A DNA stretch of 64,000 bases from the human T2T-CHM13v2.0 reference genome, Homo sapiens. Shown in pieces: positions 61,291-64,000 of the stretch. The position numbers were made by a program, and so were the translations under genes. The stretch lies in the NCBI RefSeq assembly GCF_009914755.1, contig NC_060939.1. One strand, given 5' to 3'. The notes under the pieces were generated by a model that worked only from the letters and a program-made list of their open reading frames with translations, did not search any database and had not been told where the DNA came from. The stretch's first letter is position 1, and each line of letters starts with the position of its first letter.

Positions 61291-61565
61291 TGGGAGGCCA
61301 ACATGGGCAGATCGCTTGAGCCCAGGAGTTAAAGACCAGCCTGGGCAATGCGGTGAAATCCCATCTCTACAAATTATACAAAAATTAGCTGGGCATGGTG
61401 GCGCGTGCCTGTAGTTCCAGCTACTCAGAAGGCTATGTTGGGAGGATTGCTTGAGCCCAGGAGGTGGAGGTTGCAGTGAGTTGAGATCATGACACTACAC
61501 TCCGGCCTGGGTAACAGAGTAAGGCCCTGTTTAAAAAAAAAAGAAGAAGAAAGAAAGAAAAAAAG
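61291..61565 (+). mobile_element. 5'-truncated AluJ-like element
   Basis: gggaggccaacatgggcagatcgcttgagcccagg...; A-rich tail; degenerate TSD aaaatatatgtaca / aaaagtgtatgtaca. Confidence 0.88.
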
Positions 61566-61719
61566 TGTATGTACAAATAGGGAAGTTCAGAAAGGTTTCA
61601 GTCACTAATACTGGCAACTCAGACATTTATCTTTTCATCAATTTGACAAAAAGTTTATTGCTTACCCTGCAGATACTGTAATTTATAGTCTCTCTATCTT
61701 TAGGAAGTTTACAAAACAC

Positions 61720-62625
61720 TTTTTAAGTCAACTACATGGAGGTATAGTTTATACACAATAAAATGTGTTCAAGTGTACAATTTGATGAATTTTGACAATA
61801 CATTTTCCCATGTGACCACCACCACAATAAAAATGTCCATCATCTCAGGCCCCATTTTGGTCAAATCTGCATCCCCCAGCCCCAGGCAACCACTGATTTA
61901 CTTTCTGTCACTACAGATTATTTTTTGCCAGTTCTAGAATTACATAAAAATAGCATCAAAAGGATATATTCTTTTGTGTCCTGTTTCTTTCAATCAGCAT
62001 GTTTCTGAGATATATTCATGTATGTGTACATGAGAAATTCATACCTTTTTGAGTATTCTTTCACTGAACAAATATACCACAGTTTTGTCCACTCACCTTT
62101 TCATGAAAAGTTGGCCTGTTTCTAGTTTGAAGCTATCTTGCATAAAGCTGCAATAAATATTCATGTACAAATATTTTTGTGGACATGTTTTCATTGCTCT
62201 TGAATAAATATGCAGGAGTGAAATTGCTGAGCTGTACAGTAAGTGCATACTTTATAAGAAACTGTCAAACTTTTCCAAAATTGTTATCCCACTTTACACA
62301 TTCCCCAGCAATGTGTAAACTCTAGAACCCCAGTTCTAGAGTTTCAGTTGTTGTACATCCTTGCCAACATTTGTCATAATGTCAATCTTCATCATTTTAC
62401 CCATTCTTTTGGGTAGGTAGTGGTATATCATTGTAGCTTTAATTTCTATTTCCTTGACAACTAATGATGGTAAGCACTTTTTCATGACGTATTGGCTACC
62501 TGTAGGTCTTCCTTATGTGAAGTGTCTGTTCAAGTCATTTGCCCATTTTGTATTGGTCTGCCTTATTTAGTAATAACTTTTATAGGAGTTCATATATTCT
62601 GGATATACGTCCTTTGTTGTTATGT
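61720..62625 (-). mobile_element. Old L1M 3' end
   Basis: ccccagccccaggcaaccactgatttactttctgtcactacagatt...catccttgccaacattt...gtgaagtgtctgttcaagtc. Confidence 0.8.
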
Positions 62626-63954
62626 GTGGATATTATACCTGGGAATTCTGTTGCCACTCTGACCATGTGGAGAACTGGGCTCACATGCTGACATTAGCAG
62701 GGCAGAATAACATCGTTGAGCTACCCTGTAACCCAACCTTGGAACCACCCTATTTCCATCTTGTTATGAGAGAAAGTAACTTTCCTTATTATTTGAGTAA
62801 GATTTTCTGTAAAAGGACTCAAATATTGAGGTCCTTCTATTTCTAAACTTGCAAAATTATTAGTTTCTCAGTTTCACTCTATTCCTTATGAAGTATTCTG
62901 TGCAGTGTCTATTCTTCCCTGTATTCCTTTTGATTTTGTTTTCATTCCTCTGATTTTATTTTCTTCCAGCTTACATTTCATCTCTTTCTGAGTTCTTACA
63001 TTTCTCTGCTTTGTAGCTTTTCCTCAAAGATATGGTTACTTCATTAAGTATTTCCCAATTTACAGCAAAATGTATATTTGAAAATTTCATCTTTTCCAGG
63101 CCAACATGGTTTCTGGAGCATGTATCCTATCTATGTTTTGCTGTTCTTCATTTTTTCCTATAAATTGAGCTTGTGCTAGTTCCCTTTATACTATTCATCA
63201 CTGAATAAGTAAGTTTCTTAGATTAGCTATGTGGGAGACATGAAGATGGGGTGAGCAAGGCTGTTTTCTGAAGGCTGGACGGTTTTCATAACAAAAGGCC
63301 CTCTTTTCTTCTGCTACTGCACAGATAGTCTATAAAAATAGTTTGTCCCCTCTTTTTCTCATTTTCCTGTTACATTTGCATAATTTCCAAAAAAGGTGAG
63401 CTTTTACATAGCCATGTTCATAGCCAAAGTCCTAATTTTATCATTAGTATTATCTTTATGTTTTTTCTAATGTATTCTACCCTTCATTAATGAAAGAATC
63501 ATCATTTTATTTGATATTATGCATTTTTGATTACATAAAAAATATATATATTTTTAAAATCCCAAGGTCTGAATACATTTTACAATCTTCCCTTATTCCC
63601 AAGACAACCTCCCCCTATACACAATAAAAAGCAGTCTAAATTATACCCCTGCAAAGCAAAACATACTCCTTGTAACAGTACACATATTATAATGTAATTT
63701 TGTTATATATCATTTTATGAACAAAAAGTTTCAGAAACATTTCTTTTACCATCAATAAATATCTTTTATGTGGTAGCTGAGATAGAAAGTCACATCAAAC
63801 CAGCAAGACTGTCAGAGAGTTATTTATAGTTCCCATTATTTCATTTTCTCAAATATCTTAAAAAGAGATAGCAAAGAGGCAAAGCAGAACAATATAAACC
63901 TTTCCATCTTGCCAAAATGATGAATAAGAGAACATATTATAATTATAAAAGTAC

Positions 63955-64000
63955 CTTGTTTGGTCTTCCAATCAATGGATTGTTTCCACATCGTCTATTG
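63955..64000 (-). CDS. AQR: AQR coding exon (partial, runs off window end); encodes NRRCGNNPLIGRPNK
   Basis: Reverse complement reads c AAT AGA CGA TGT GGA AAC AAT CCA TTG ATT GGA AGA CCA AAC AAG|GTACTT; phase-0 donor that joins in frame to the next exon; peptide recognised as Aquarius RecA2 region. Confidence 0.93.

Overview
Human (primate) genomic DNA, repeat-rich. The only protein-coding gene is AQR (Aquarius, intron-binding spliceosomal UPF1-like SF1 RNA helicase) on the minus strand. Its last five coding exons are 63955-64000 (partial), 60727-60812, 56070-56244, 53245-53358 and 49996-50310. They have GT-AG boundaries and compatible phases and splice into ...[61 protein letters not shown]...EETK*. 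Downstream of AQR lie candidate proximal and distal poly(A) signals and a decayed TUBA1B-derived processed pseudogene (~42185-43688, minus). The remaining ~42 kb is intergenic: old L1s, many Alu/FLAM/FRAM copies, solo LTRs (MER11, LTR2-family, MaLR and others), MER5/MER3 DNA transposon relics, MIR/L2, microsatellites and a 35-nt U2 snRNA retro-fragment. From memory this is 15q14 between ACTC1 and AQR; ACTC1 itself is not in the window. I see no convincing new multi-gene system. The most interesting observations are a candidate distal AQR terminal exon/poly(A) site, a 93-bp orphan retro-insertion with TSD and poly(A) in an AQR intron, a stacked U2+FRAM insertion with a triplicated target site, an inverted Alu pair in the last AQR intron, and the rearranged tubulin retrocopy. 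Repeat family names are from recognition of consensus sequence, and boundaries without TSDs are approximate.
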